Positions 37,701 through 52,147 of a stretch of DNA of 64,000 nt are shown piece after piece. The notes under the pieces are model-generated. The model worked only from the letters and a program-made list of their open reading frames with translations, did not search any database and was not told the DNA's origin. The stretch covers positions 5,890,001-5,954,000 of the forward strand of contig CM022674.1 of the NCBI GenBank assembly GCA_012295275.1, written 5' to 3'. Made by a program: the position numbers and the translations under genes. Numbering within the stretch: position 1 is the stretch's first letter; each line of letters starts with the position of its first letter. Origin of the DNA: Chrysomallon squamiferum. Taxonomy: Eukaryota > Animalia > Mollusca.

Positions 37701-38047
37701 CATGCATGTAGCATGTGTATGGATATGGATATGGATATGGATATGGATATGGATATGGATATGTATATGTATATTCATTATTCATTTACAGAATAATGAT
37801 GTATTTCTTCTGAAAAATATATATAAATTATATTGGTCTAAGAAGCATATGTCAGCTATCATTATATCATACGGGGCTCTTTGATCTCATTTAATTTGAC
37901 AGCCTTTAAAAACATACCTTTATTATACATACATACAAAATCACCACAAAGAATGGTGAGTACTTTCCAACCAGTGTTGGGAGAGAAGTATGAACTTTGT
38001 TTTAACATCATAAGTTACATGCTTGTCTACATATGTCTATGTGTACA

Positions 38048-38111
<64 letters not shown>

Positions 38112-38896
38112 AAAGATAATAAAGCATTGTGATGCTAATGGTCCATTCTGTCATGATTGTTTGTACATGTCAGAAATAATAACTAGCAAGACATCTAATA
38201 TACAGTGTAGCAGAATTAGTTATTATGCTGTAGTTATTTTATAATTATATAAACATAACAAGCTTTTGCTTTATAGCGACAGACACGCCTGCTGACCTGT
38301 CAGAAAGCATGGCAGTCGTAGAAGTGCTTCACAACAGCTTGCTCTGATTAGCACATTAAAAAATGTCCAGTTCCAGTTGCTTTATTGTCATTCACAGTTA
38401 ATAATTCTGGTGTTATTTTAAAACTTTTTTTAATTATTTATTTAATGTTGATTATAGATATTTCTTGTACTGAGGTCATTTGAGCCATTATTTATGTTAT
38501 CGTTCGTAGCAGTTACTAAGAAAGAATGAGACCAAGATGATTCATTGCAATAAATTAACATTTGACTGGCAGAAAGTTAAGGAGATAGGCTTTATACTGA
38601 GGATAGTTTAGCCATTATTTATGTTGTTGATAAAAGTTTGGTTGTTATCATATTTCATTGCAAGACACAATATTTGATTAGCTTAAACAAATTAAGGCGG
38701 TGGATGTATTTAACTAGGTACCTGGGGTGCCCATAATAGTCTCTGGATTTACATGTCAGTTTTTTTATAAAGTTATAAATTAGACATTCTTTTTATCAGT
38801 GAGTCACTTGTTATTGTAACGAACAGTTCATATATATATATATAAGTAGTTGATAAAATTATAGATTAAAATATATTTTTTTCAGTTGTTGTTGTA

Positions 38897-41817
38897 ATGA
38901 ACGGATCTACTGCGATATGTATTAGTGGGGATGCAGCAAACAGAGAAAGAGTTGCCATTCTTGATGCGGGGGCTCAGTATGGAAAGGTTGGTGTATTTTT
39001 TCTGTTTTTCCAGATCCCTAAAAAAAATACTTCCACATCCCAGAGATACAATAGACTGCAAGATCAGTCCTTGGTAGAGAACCAACAGAACAATTACCGT
39101 TCCAGTTGTCTGTGACAAATAAAGTTACAGTATTCTAGAGAAAAGCCCTGATTTAATGTAACAAATGTAATATAACTTTTGTTTATTTTTCCCATAGGTG
39201 ATTGATAGAAAAATCCGGGAACTGAATGTGGAATGTGACATTCTTCCACTGGATACTCCAGCGTTCACACTAAAAGAAAAACTTTACAAGTAAGCTGTAC
39301 TGAAAGATAATAAATATGTGTTGGTGCAGGTAGAAATCATAGATATGTTTAATAAATTTAATTTTTTTTTTTTTTTTTACTTTTTACTTTAAAAAAAAAA
39401 TTTAATCTTTAAGTTTCCCACCTGTTTTAATGCTAAAACCAGACTTCACTCGTGGCAAAAAAAATATCAGTTTCGAGACTTTATATTTTTTACTTTTTTT
39501 TACCTTAAAATTTACTCAATTGTTGAAGTTTTATGTGATGGTATGCACCATTTCTTACTTAGTTTACCCATTATATGGTGGGAAGTTGAGCATCAAACTC
39601 TGGAAAGACTGAACTATATTATATATAAAAGAATTATGTATTTAAAATGAAGTTTTTGTTTTACTTCTGTGAGTCTTGCTGGTTATTTTGATAACAGACA
39701 TTTTCTAGGCAAAAGTCTTGATCTTTAGTTATAGTGATTAAAATATTGGTCAACTCTGATGCTCATTTGCTTCAAATAAGTATGGTCAGTTATGTAACAA
39801 ACCTAAAGCTGCATTTCTCCAAAACTATATAAAAATAAAGAAGTGTGTACTTTTTTTTTTTTTTTTTGTTCAGATGTTTTCTCTTCATTTAGCTAAATAA
39901 TATCATGATTTTGTCCAAAATGTGTCCAGCATCTACGATTTTCCTCATCACCATAACATATGTCTTCTTAGTGTTCATGTTAACACTGGTTATTGGTAAA
40001 TATTTATAAAACATAGCCCCTATAAGAATCTAATGTGCATGGATATTGATGAATACGATTACAAAAATTACAAATACACATCTCAGCATGCTAATCATTT
40101 TAGAGCTAGTTAATTTCTTATTTGATGAACACAATAATAAATATTATTTCTTTATATTAATTATGGAGAATATGATTTTAAAAAAAAAAGAATTTAATAA
40201 AAATAACTTGTCTCCTAGGCTGACATCATTTTATTTCAAAGTTACCTAATATTGTGTTTGATCAGTGAAATAATACTGGATTTTAAAGATTTTGATAACT
40301 TTCTAAATAGCTTGTTAGAGAGTCTGATATTTTTTTTTGATTTCAGAGCTATTATAATATCTGGGGGTCCAAGTTCAGTCAATGATGATGATGCGCCGTT
40401 GTATGATGCAGATATTTTCCACTGTGGCCTGCCTTTGTTAGGAATCTGTTACGGTCTTCAGGTATGAATAAAATAAATTAGAAAATGTCCAATGCAAAAA
40501 TATACTTTGATTTTTATTACTATTTTTGTTGTTGTTGTTGTTGTTGTTGTTGTTACTGTTATCAGACTGTTTGTTAATTTATCTGAAAGTACATTGTACA
40601 GAAAATTGTATAAAGCAAAAATATACTAGGATTTTATTATTACTGTTATCAAACTTTTTATTTGTTTCAAAGTACAAGTATACAGCAGATGTGTATCATA
40701 TTATACTTTAATTTTATTGTGTTATTAATTTAAAAAAAACAAAAATTTATGTTGTATTGTCATTAGGCTAAAATGTTCATTTTGCTGTGCAAAAATTATT
40801 AGTTCTGGATTGGAGAAATCATGAGTGGAAAAAAACAAACTTGTTACAAATAATTTACAGTCTGCAGGTTTATGTCATGTAATGTGGAATAAATTGTGTT
40901 TAATTTGTTACATATTTTTCTTTTTTCTTTTTAATACATTTAAAAAAAAAAAAAAATCACTTTTTTTTTTTTTTTTTTTAAATTTACTCTTTTAAGTTTT
41001 TCGTTTTCCAGTTAAGTTAAAAACTACCATCAAACCTTCTAAAATATGGGTTGACAGTAAATAGCTTTTGGATCATTTCACTTATTTTAGAAATAAATAT
41101 TTTCGTTGCTAGATGTTGAACAAAGAACATGGAGGAACAGTAACTAAAGGCTCATCACGAGAGGACGGCCAATTTGAAATTAATGTTGACACAAAGTGCC
41201 TTCTTTTCAAGTTAGTTTCCTCATTATTATTATTATTATTATTGTTGTTATTATGATGTCAATAATGATTGTTGTTGTATTGTGCCACATTGCAGATAGT
41301 TTGTCATTTTTGTATGTGTATAATACAGGTTAAAAACTATACATATTACCATTATTTTTAAAAATTATTTCAGAGGTTTATCGAAATGCCAGTCAGTTCT
41401 TTTAACACATGGAGACAGTGTTGATGTAGTTGCTAAAGGATTCAGTGCTGTTGCCCACTCAGGAAAAATTGTTGCAGGTGAGAAGAAGAAGAAAAAGCTC
41501 ATGTTTTACATTCATTTTCATGAATAGCTGATAATGTGTGTTTGTATCTGTGTATGCGTGTATCTATGTACACATGTACACACATTCACACACACATACT
41601 CATATAACAGATCATGTTTGTATTCAGACTCTTAAACACAAACATACCCTATATACATATACTCTGAAATAGATGTTCACACTCACCTACTCATTCTTTC
41701 ACTCGCACACACACACACACACACATATTCATTCTTGTTCCCTCTTTCTGTTTCTCTTGTCTGTTTCACTCTGTCTATTTTTATCTGTCTGATATGTTTA
41801 TCTCTCTTTTTTTTTTT

Positions 41818-41876
<59 letters not shown>

Positions 41877-44800
41877 CTCTCTCTCTCATTCTTTCTCACA
41901 CACACACACACCCTGTATATATATACTCTGAAATAGATACACTAACCTACACACACACACACATACACACACAGACACACACACACACACACTATATATA
42001 TATAAATATATTCAAGTGACTAATTACACATTACTGTTCAATCTTTCAGCGTTGGCGAATGAAAAGAAGAAACTGTACGGTGTTCAGTTCCATCCTGAAG
42101 TTGACTTGACTGTGAATGGAAAACAAATACTGCGCAACTTCCTCTTTCTGATCGCAGGCTGCACCGGCACCTACACGATGAAGTCACGGGAACTCACGTG
42201 CATTGAAGAAATCAAGCGAGTTGTAGGTGACCACAAAGTTCTGGTACGGAAAGTTTTAAAAATTTTATTTTATTTTTCATTTTTTTTTTTTTTAAATTTT
42301 TTTTATTTAAATTGTTCATTTATATTTAACTTGTTCATTGCCATTTAATTGCTAAAATGTGCTTCATAGCCAAATGGGATATTGCCATCTAATTTCTAGA
42401 AAATGAACTGTGGTAAAAGTTAACACTATTCAACAGAGATACAATATTCCAGACATTCTGCAGTAACTCAGTCTGTTGTGACTATTGAAACTGGTCACCA
42501 CTGGTACTCAGGAGATTAAAGAAACTTTTTGGCTAGCAGTGACATATTTTTTTTTTATCTTTCTTTGTGAATAACTTGATTTTGTTTTCAGTTTTAAGAT
42601 GTTATTTTTAATTTTCATTTTGAGTAAGCTTTCTTGTTTTCAAACATTAAATTTATTTATTAATGTTAAATTTATCTAGTGTATTAAATTTATTTAGTAA
42701 TATTAATTTTATTTAGTTTTTTAACTCTTTGGGCCTTATTAGTTACAAGTACATAACACAAATTGCTGTTGCTACTTCAGTTTGAAGTATTCCAAATCCA
42801 GAATTCCTGCTTAAAAATACCAGCTAATCTACTCTGCAGATAAAACGTACCATTCCACAATAGGGCAATACATGAAATTATTAACTAACTGTTTTCGTTA
42901 CACTACAGAAGCTTTGCTTTTATCTGGAAAATGAAAATGTGAAATGTAGATAGCAGCATTAAATTCATTTTTATACACAGAGCTTACTGAATAAAAATGA
43001 AACAGTAAACTTCAGATAATAATATTATATTTATTTTTAATGAGCAGAGGTTTTAATCCTAAAAAATGAAAAAGTTAAGTTTTGACAGCAGTTTAAAAAA
43101 AAAATTTAAATTTTTTTTTCATGCACAGATGTTGCTGAGTGGGGGTGTTGATTCCACGGTATGTGCTGCTCTGTTACACAAAGCTTTAAAACAAGACCAG
43201 GTAATCGCCATCCACATAGACAACGGCTTCATGAGGAAGAATGAAAGTCGCCATGTCGAAGAGTCGCTTTGTGGTATTGGACTGAAGGTTAAAGGTTAGC
43301 AATGCAAAAATAATCTTTTTTGGTTTGTTTCTGTATAAATGTGCAACTCTTATCTCAAAAGCAGGGAACCAGAAATGTCTCAAATTTTGGACTGTAAAGA
43401 AATGGCTTTGAAAATGGAATTCACATCGCCTGTAGAAGTCTGTTTATAATTTCATATCCAGGCTGTTTTGTATAAGTTTTTATAATATTTTTGTGCATGA
43501 AACAATGTTCATGTTCACCAAACTGTAGATGTACAATATATAAAATTACCTTAAGTAAACATTTTTTTTATTGATTTCATAAGTTTGCTCCAATTGTATA
43601 TTATTATCAGCAATGGATCTAGAGCTGTTAGATCTCTTTTTCTTGTCATGTTTTGTGGGATTTTTCTGATTCTAGCCAGTTTCCTATGTAAATTAATTGG
43701 AGTCCTCTGCTGTTTAAAAGTAGACATTTTACTGTTGGTGAAACTTTTTATAAAGAAAAAAATAAAGTGTTATAAACAGTGAAATTGGTAACGTTCATTA
43801 AGGACAACTGGGTTCAAGAATTTACTCATTTATTTTGAAACAAAAATGCATTTGGCAGCAGAAGATATTAAAACATAACAGAAAAAAAAAAAATTGAATA
43901 TTGTTGCAGTGTTTTGAAACAAAACATGTTTGTTGTCTCTTAATATTTACTGTTAAAATATTGCTAAAAAAAAACACCAAACAGTTTATTGAACTTTGTT
44001 ACAGTGATCCAAAACAGAAGTGTATTTAATGCCTTGTGATATTTTAATATTAAAAATGTTACTGAAAATAAAATATTTGCTGATTTCTCAGTGATCCAGG
44101 CAGCACACACATTTTATAACGGAACAACCACAGTAGCTATTCACAAGAACGACCCAAACTCTCGAAAGAAGAAGACAAACACACTGAATACCACAGCCAA
44201 CCCGGAAGAAAAACGAAAAATCATCGGCGACACCTTCATGAAGGTCAGAGACAATAATTTAACATTTATTAAAGATATTTTTATTTTGACATATAGTTTT
44301 ATGATGTTCATAAATATTAATTAGAATTTTAATTTTTTTTACACTGACGTACGACATTTATGAAGGTTCGAAATAATAATAAAATTTATGATTATTGTTA
44401 TAATTATTATTCTTGTATATAATAAATTTTAATTTTTTTTACACTGACATACAACATTTACGAAGGTTCGAAATTATAATAAAATTTATGACTATTATTA
44501 TAATTATTATTCTTGTATATAATAAAAAAAAAAAAATTCACCTTCTGTTACATGTGTTCTGTAATTTAACTTGTTAAATTTATAAAAATTGTCCATATTG
44601 TGCTGTGTTTCTGAAATGTTTAATTTGTATTATTATTGTATTCTTATGTTGGGATCCATAGAGAAGCCAGGTTTATTCCTGTATCTCTTAAATTTACTAA
44701 AGCTAATTTAATTTACAGACAATGTATTTTATTTTTATTTTATTTTATTTCTTTTTTTAGGTCGCCAATGAAGTTGTGGAAACCATGAATCTCAAACCAC

Positions 44801-47541
44801 AAGATGTTTATTTAGGTCAAGGTAAGAAAAAAATTAACATACCTGAATAATAAAAGTAATGAAGAATATTTTTTATGACTGTAACATTAAAAAAAAATAA
44901 TAATAAATAAAAAAAGTGAACATAATGATGATGCCTATAAGGAAATAAATAAATGAATGAAGAAAAAGAAAAGAGATAATTAAATGATTTAATATATTTA
45001 AATAAAAAGCAGAAAGAAAAATGACTGCCTTAATAAATAATTATTTCTCCAATTAAAAGAAAGCAAAGCATGTTGAAAATGTTAAAATAAATAAATAAAT
45101 TGCTTATAATTTGCTTTTTTTTTGTAACTGATATTTGTACAGATTTTTTGTCTTCATATAGATAAAATAGTAACAGTAAAATAAATAACATTTATTATTG
45201 TTTTAATTTATATCTCTGGGTAGTAAATTGATTCTTATATAAATAAATAAATATAATAATAAAAAATAAATTTCTAATTTATCATGTACCATTGTAATAA
45301 TATTTAATATTTTATGTTAATATTCACTAGGTACCTTGCGACCTGACCTCATAGAAAGTGCTTCCTGTCTAGCTAGTGGGAAAGCAGACGCAATTAAAAC
45401 TCACCACAACGATACCGAATTGGTGAGAGAACTTCGTAAACAGGTACGTGAGATTCGAAAAATAATATGCATTTCATCAGTCAGACATTCTTTTATTCAT
45501 AACTTTAGGAGAGAAGAAAAAGCATATAAATCTCTAGGTTTCAAAAATGTAGTTTGTAAGACATTTTTTTTTCATTTAGAATTTTAAAATTTACAGGAGC
45601 AGCAAGTCATGTTCTGAAAATAATTTGTAGTTTGCCCTTTACATAGTATTTTATTTATAAATAAATCAAAATAAATAAATTAAAAAATGCGGAGAAGCTT
45701 TATGTATGTTCATTAATAATACTATTAATTACAGGTGAAAATGTAATTTGAAATTTCAGGGCAGGGTAGTGGAACCTCTGAAAGATTTTCACAAAGATGA
45801 AGTGAGACAGATAGGCAAAGATCTCGGACTTCCTTTAGAATTAGTACAGAGGCATCCTTTTCCAGGTGAGCTTTCTTCCGTTTTCTTTAACATACACTCA
45901 GAACACACAGTTTATGTATAGTCTTTTTATAGAATCTCTTTATTAAATCCCAGTATTGGAGGTACTACAAGTTTTGACGTTATAAGGAGTTGGACAACTG
46001 AACGAGTTTTCTGAGTACGAATTATTACATACGGGCAATTCTCAGAATACCTGCCTTAGTGCTTGTCCAGTCTTCTTTGAAAGTAACATAAAATGTATTG
46101 AATTATATACCTTAATTTTGATAATACAGTTATTTTGATCATTTTAAGTATTACAGTGAGTTGATGATAAACATTTTGAAAAACCTCCATTAGTGCATCA
46201 AGAAACAAAAAAAATTAAAAATTAAAATAAAACAAAAAATAAAAAATAAAACGTAAGAAATGGTAATGATAACAGCATTCATTTTATATCATCATCATCA
46301 TCATCATGAGCACAGTTACCATCATCATCAAGAACATCATTACCATCATCGTCATGAGCATCATCATTATTACAATTATCACACCAGTCATCTTTTCAGT
46401 TGTTTTGAACTGTGTATTCGTGCTTGCAGGTCCTGGTTTAGCCATTCGAGTTATATGCGGAGAAGAACCATTCATGGAGAAAGGTTATGCTGAAACAAAT
46501 ATTCTGCTGAAGATTGTAGTCGGATTTGCACAGTTTTTAAAAAAAGTAAGTCGCTGTGTTATCTCAAGAACAATAGCTGACCATTGGCAGTGATAGAATA
46601 ATTTTGATATGGACATGGACTGTCAGACAATACCTTTGATTTGAATGAAAACCTTCAATATTATTTTGGTTTGTTTGGACATGAACTGTCATATAATTCT
46701 GATTTGGATGTGGACTGTCATATAATTCTGATTTGGGTGTGGACTGTCACAAAATGTCTTTGATTTCAACTAAGTCTTTCATCTTATTTTGGTTTGAAAA
46801 TGGACTGTCACATTACGTTCTTTCATTCTTTCATTCTTTCTTTCTTTCTGTTTTAGTATTAGCTATCATTATTTTTATTTGGACAGGGTATAATAATAAT
46901 ATAATACATTTATTGCACAAAGAACTTTGATTAGGACATTAATAATAATAATGGTAATAATAACAGTAACATAATATAACATAACATAACGACATAACAA
47001 CATAAGACAACATAATAAAAAAGATCTTCTGATTCTGTTCATATCTGCCTGTCTTCCCATATCCACAATAATAATGACTAATACTGTTTATTTTTTAAAT
47101 AATTTTCATTGTTAAACATCTTTCTATAAATCATCGTTGTTGTTGTTATTATCAGCACTGTGATTATTAAAGTTCATGACATAAAAATAAATGACTTACA
47201 GAGATCGGAGAACCTCACAGTCACATTTCGCTGCTTGTTTCAGTAATTATCGTCATCATTTTTCTCCTCTTACGTTCGGCTTTTCGATGTTTCAGCCTCA
47301 TTCAATGATTCACAGGGTGAAATCCTCAGCCAGTGAGGAGGAGCAGCAGAGAATGGAGGAAATCACCTCCAGATGTCACATGTGTGCTACCTTGTTACCC
47401 ATCAAGTCAGTAGGTGTTCAGGTAAAAATTTATATATATTTTTATTAGCATTTTGTGTGTGTTTTATTACTGTGTGTGTGAGTGTGTGTTGTGTATTTAT
47501 TTATTGTTATTATTATTATATTTAAAATATATATTTATTTA

Positions 47542-47572
<31 letters not shown>

Positions 47573-49650
47573 TAATGTTTAATGGTGAGGGACGTAATGA
47601 AATGTCCAATTACATTTAATGTTACTTTATTATATGGTATATATAGATATTCACATACGCACATATATACAGTATATACCGTTAACATGACTTGTTTTTT
47701 TTTTTGTCATTTTATTATTATAATTTTTTTATTATAACATTATAATTATCATCATTATTATTGCCATAGCTATTGTTGTTGTTATTAGAATTATTATTAT
47801 TATTATTATTATTATTATCTTTATTGTTATCATTGTTGTTCCCAGGGTGACTGCAGATCATATAGCTATGTAGCAGGTATTTCATCAGACGAAGATGTCA
47901 AATGGCAAGATCTGATTGATCTTGCTAAAATAATACCTCGAATCTGTCATAGCATTAACAGGTAGATATCCAGACTTACTTTTTTTTATTTCTTCTCTTA
48001 TTCTTTCTCTGTACAAAAAAGGAATTCTTCCTTAACTCATTCTTTGCCTCCTGGCTTATTTAGATTAACACAGTAACTGGAAAATCTACCACTCTGTCAT
48101 TTTTAAATTGGATGTTCAGCACTGCCTATGATAATAATAAATGGTACAGTCCATCTGGCTAGCTGTGCAGTAGACAAGTCTGATAATAACAGATGTTGAT
48201 ATAAACATTTACTGGATTTAAAACTGGCTTTATGTACATCAGTGTCTTATGATGGTCAGTAAGAAAACACAGTAATATTTTGATACAAATATAGGAATTA
48301 CAGTTGAGTGTTTATTGCAGAATGGCTGTGTTTATTAAATTTGTTTGCCTACATTTTCTGTAACATTCAGACATGATTCATTATTTTGTTTATTTATTTA
48401 TTTATTAGTTTTGTCGTGTTGGGCAAAAGCAAAACATACAAAATCAGATAATAGTATTTTAATATCCCCACTGTAGTCTGTTATATTTTTACAGTACCAC
48501 GAATTAAAAACATTTTTTTTTTAATGTGTTTCTTTGTTTATTTTTCATCTTAAAGCATAACCAGGCCTTACACCTTCATCACTTTCCTTTTAAAATAATT
48601 CTCCTTATTACCTTCTGTCTTCAGAGTGGTGTATATATTTGGCGGAGCTGTAACTTATCCAATCGAAGATATCACTCCTACCTATTTAACCGAAGGAGTT
48701 CTCAGTACCTTGCGTCAGGTGGACTTTCTCGCCACAAAGGTGCTGCACGACTCAGGGGAGGCAACTCACATCAGCCAGATGCCGGTGGTGTTGACCCCAC
48801 TGCACTTCAATCGCGACCCCGTGATGCACCAGCCTTCGTGTCAAAGGTCAGTGGCTCTGAGGACGTTCATCACAAACGATTTTATGACGGGAATTCCGGC
48901 CATACCGGGAATACATATACCAGTAGAAGTGAGTTTAACTTTTTTTAACTTTATACTTTTATTTTATTTTATTATTATTATTTTTTTTTTAATTTTTAAA
49001 ATCCTGTTTTTAATAGTATTAATAATTTTTATGTATCGTGATGAATTACGAAAGATTAAGAACCATATTTTCATGGACACAAAAAATAAATGCATCCAAA
49101 AACCTTTTAATAAAAGCCAGTTGTAGGAGCACAGGTTTGGATTTGGAAATTACCTAGCAGATGTGCTGAAGAGAATTGAGCAGTTTAATCTAGTTGTCTT
49201 GAAATGAAATATAATAAACAGCATTTATAGATAAATATTGATTATCACAATTTTTGTCTTATCTTTGCCATTATTGTTTTTTAATTATTTCTGTCATTAC
49301 TATGAATTTGTTGTTGTTATTACACCTACGTCTAAAATGTCATTTTTATTGTCATAATCATTTTCGTTACTGCTACTACTACTGTTGTCATCATCAACAT
49401 CATTCTCATCCCTTTAGTAATTCTTGCTATTATCATTACCACAACTGCTATTACTGCTGCTACTACTACTAATTACTGGTACTATTGATCCTGCTACTAC
49501 TACAACCATTACTACAGCTACTGCCACTATTACTACTACTACTACTACTACTACTTACAGCTAGTATTACTACTAGTGTTACTTGCTACTGTTATTATTA
49601 TTACAACTTCTACTAGTATTACTATTGCTACTTATTACTTACTACTTATA

Positions 49651-49705
<55 letters not shown>

Positions 49706-49959
49706 CTACTACTGCTACCACTATTACTACTACTGCTACTATTGTTTTTTTTTTTTTTTTTTTTTTTTTTCAGGTATTACTAGTATTGTTGCTTTTTGTT
49801 TGTTTTTTTCAGATATTACTACTACTATTGTTGTTTTTTTTTTTTTTTTTTTTTCAGGTAGTAATGAAGATGGTTGAGGAAATAATGGCTGTACCAGGAA
49901 TATCCCGAGTTATGTACGATCTAACGGCAAAACCACCAGGAACCACTGAGTGGGAATGA
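38897..49959 (+). CDS. GMPS: GMP synthase [glutamine-hydrolysing], 16 coding exons, 684 aa
   Basis: Exons 38897-38986, 39198-39289, 40347-40461, 41113-41210, 41374-41477, 42050-42243, 43129-43294, 44092-44243, 44761-44821, 45331-45443, 45760-45865, 46430-46545, 47296-47421, 47846-47961, 48625-48928, 49858-49959; frame intact. Motifs [54 protein letters not shown]. Confidence 0.98.
39430..39950 (+). mobile_element. Old dispersed repeat, copy 2, in GMPS intron 3
   Basis: Collinear similarity to the reverse complement of 30830-31400, with a single copy of the 30-mer. Confidence 0.75.
44325..44524 (+). repeat. 100-bp tandem duplication carrying a degenerate copy of the preceding exon end and donor
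   Basis: acactgac recurs at 44341 and 44441. The unit contains GACATTTATGAAG|GTTCGAAATAATAAT versus the real GACACCTTCATGAAG|GTCAGAGACAATAAT. Confidence 0.85.
46600..46812 (+). repeat. Degenerate ~29-bp tandem repeat in a GMPS intron
   Basis: tttggatgtggactgtcatataattctga and variants recur about 5-6 times. Confidence 0.7.
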
Positions 49960-50174
49960 CAAAAAGTATCTGAGTATGTTCAGGCAGTTCTAGTTTTCGT
50001 TAACATCAAAATAAAAATAAAAATAAATAAAGCTGCCAGATAATTCATCACCCTATCTGTGATTTTTAGAAAGAGATTTAATAAAAATGAAATAATGCTG
50101 AGGTTCGATTAAGGCTTGAATTAAATTCATAATGAAATGAAGTTTAAAGTTTATTATGAATATTTTTATTATTA

Positions 50175-50212
<38 letters not shown>

Positions 50213-51414
50213 AATATTATTTCTTGAATTGAAAGGGGTTAACGTTCAGATGTTAAAATTTTTATTATTGTTATTATTTCTTGAATTGAATTGAATTAAG
50301 TTATGTACAATTAAAATCTACACTGTTCTTTTTAAAAAACTATATGAAGTATATTTTAGTTGTTAAAAATAAGAAAATGTAATTACATTTAGTAACTGAA
50401 TTCAGGGGAGATAACCAGGCATATCTTGAGAAATTGTAGTTATCTTTTCTTCACAGTTGTGTTACTTGTAAGGGTGATTGCAGTGTTTATTAATTACAGG
50501 GGAAGAAAAAAAAAAATGTCTAACCATAATATTGTTTTCTATCAAAATGTTTATTATATTTTGTGTTTTTAAAAAGATAAATATTGCTTTGTATGCAAAG
50601 AATATATTTTAACGAATTGAAGGCAGATTCAGCAGCTGGTAAGAAAACAAAAGAAATAAAATCTAGTTGTTGTTGTTTTAATTTGACAAAAAAAAAATTA
50701 TTGTTAAAACTACAATAAAATTTGGATTGTTTTGAAAGAAATTAAAAATAACAATAATAAAAAAAAAAAAAAAAAAAAAATTGTTCAGTTTTTAATAAAA
50801 ATTTTACTAAAAACTTCGTGTTTAATCTTGGTATTTTTCATGGAAATCATTTTTTTTATTTTATTCTTTTTGAAAATATTGTTGATAAAACCATTTGAAA
50901 TCCATTTTATATTTACCACATGGTTTGTTTTTATTTTAATACTGTTGGTTACTAATTTTCAAAACTTAGATGGAGAGAAAGTGAGTATATGATTTAAAGC
51001 AAGTGGCTTATTAGAAAGAAAAAAAAAAGAAAATAATAATTAACAATAAATATTTTTAACATTATGACATATAAAACAAAATCCACTGCTGAAGAAGAAT
51101 CAAACAAACTAATCTCATGATTAATGTAATACCAAATACAGTGGTTCTTTGATTAAAGTAGTACCAATACAATAGACCTTCAGCTGATTTAGTACCAAAC
51201 ACAATGATACATTTATTAATATAAATAAAGTGGGATGGGTATTTCAACTAATGTTCTAAATGCACTGGTTCTTTAGCCAGCTGTCCCAAAATACAAAAGT
51301 CCTTTAATTAATATGATTAAACAGAATGGTATTCCTGTTAGTGTAGATTAAATAAAGTTCTCTTGGTGTTCAATTAAATATGTTAGATTGATTAATATTG
51401 AGTCAAAGATAAAG

Positions 51415-51469
<55 letters not shown>

Positions 51470-51950
51470 AGAAATGAAAAAGGTCAAAGTGCAATTTTGA
51501 CTTAAAGAGAAATTGACTTGCATTCAGTTATTGTTGTCTGTATTTTACTAGACTGTACATGACACTGTGCGTAAAATACACAAGTCCATTAGCTATGAAG
51601 CAGATCTTTACACTATATACATATTAAACAAGAAATATCTATATTAAGCCTGGCAACGATACTATACTTTATAACGAGGGGCATTAGAACATCAGTTTAT
51701 TTTTTAATCTAAAAGAATAGAAAATTGAAAAGACACCATTTTTGAGGATTGTTATTATTATTTTTTTTAAATTATGAGTTGCATTAATATATCTTTTTTA
51801 AAAAGTGCAATTCAGTGTGTGGTTCAGTTTTGAGTGTGTGTGTGTGTGTGTGCGTATTTAAATAACCAGATTATGTGGTATGCTGTAATATTAAATAAAA
51901 TGTGTGAGCCTTTGTCCATTGAGTTCTGTTGTTTGTATAGAAGGAAAAAA

Positions 51951-51992
<42 letters not shown>

Positions 51993-52107
51993 TACTTAGA
52001 ATTATTGGGGAAAATAAACCAATCAATGAATTTGTTTCCTGTTAACTTCAGATTCGAGGTTCCATTTAAGTTTTTAAATAATGGTCTGGTGAATGCTAGG
52101 ATATAGC

Positions 52108-52147
<40 letters not shown>

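Noticed and set aside
38987-39115. Acceptor-like tttttccag 27 nt after the GMPS donor, with an open frame to 39115
   Set aside because: Too close to form an intron, there is no good downstream donor, and the conserved protein continues at 39198.
46260-46420. His-rich ORF
   Set aside because: Degenerate (CAT)n microsatellite inside a GMPS intron.
51658-51690. ACTATACTTT resembling the 5' end of U3 snoRNA
   Set aside because: The following box A sequence and boxes B, C and D are absent.
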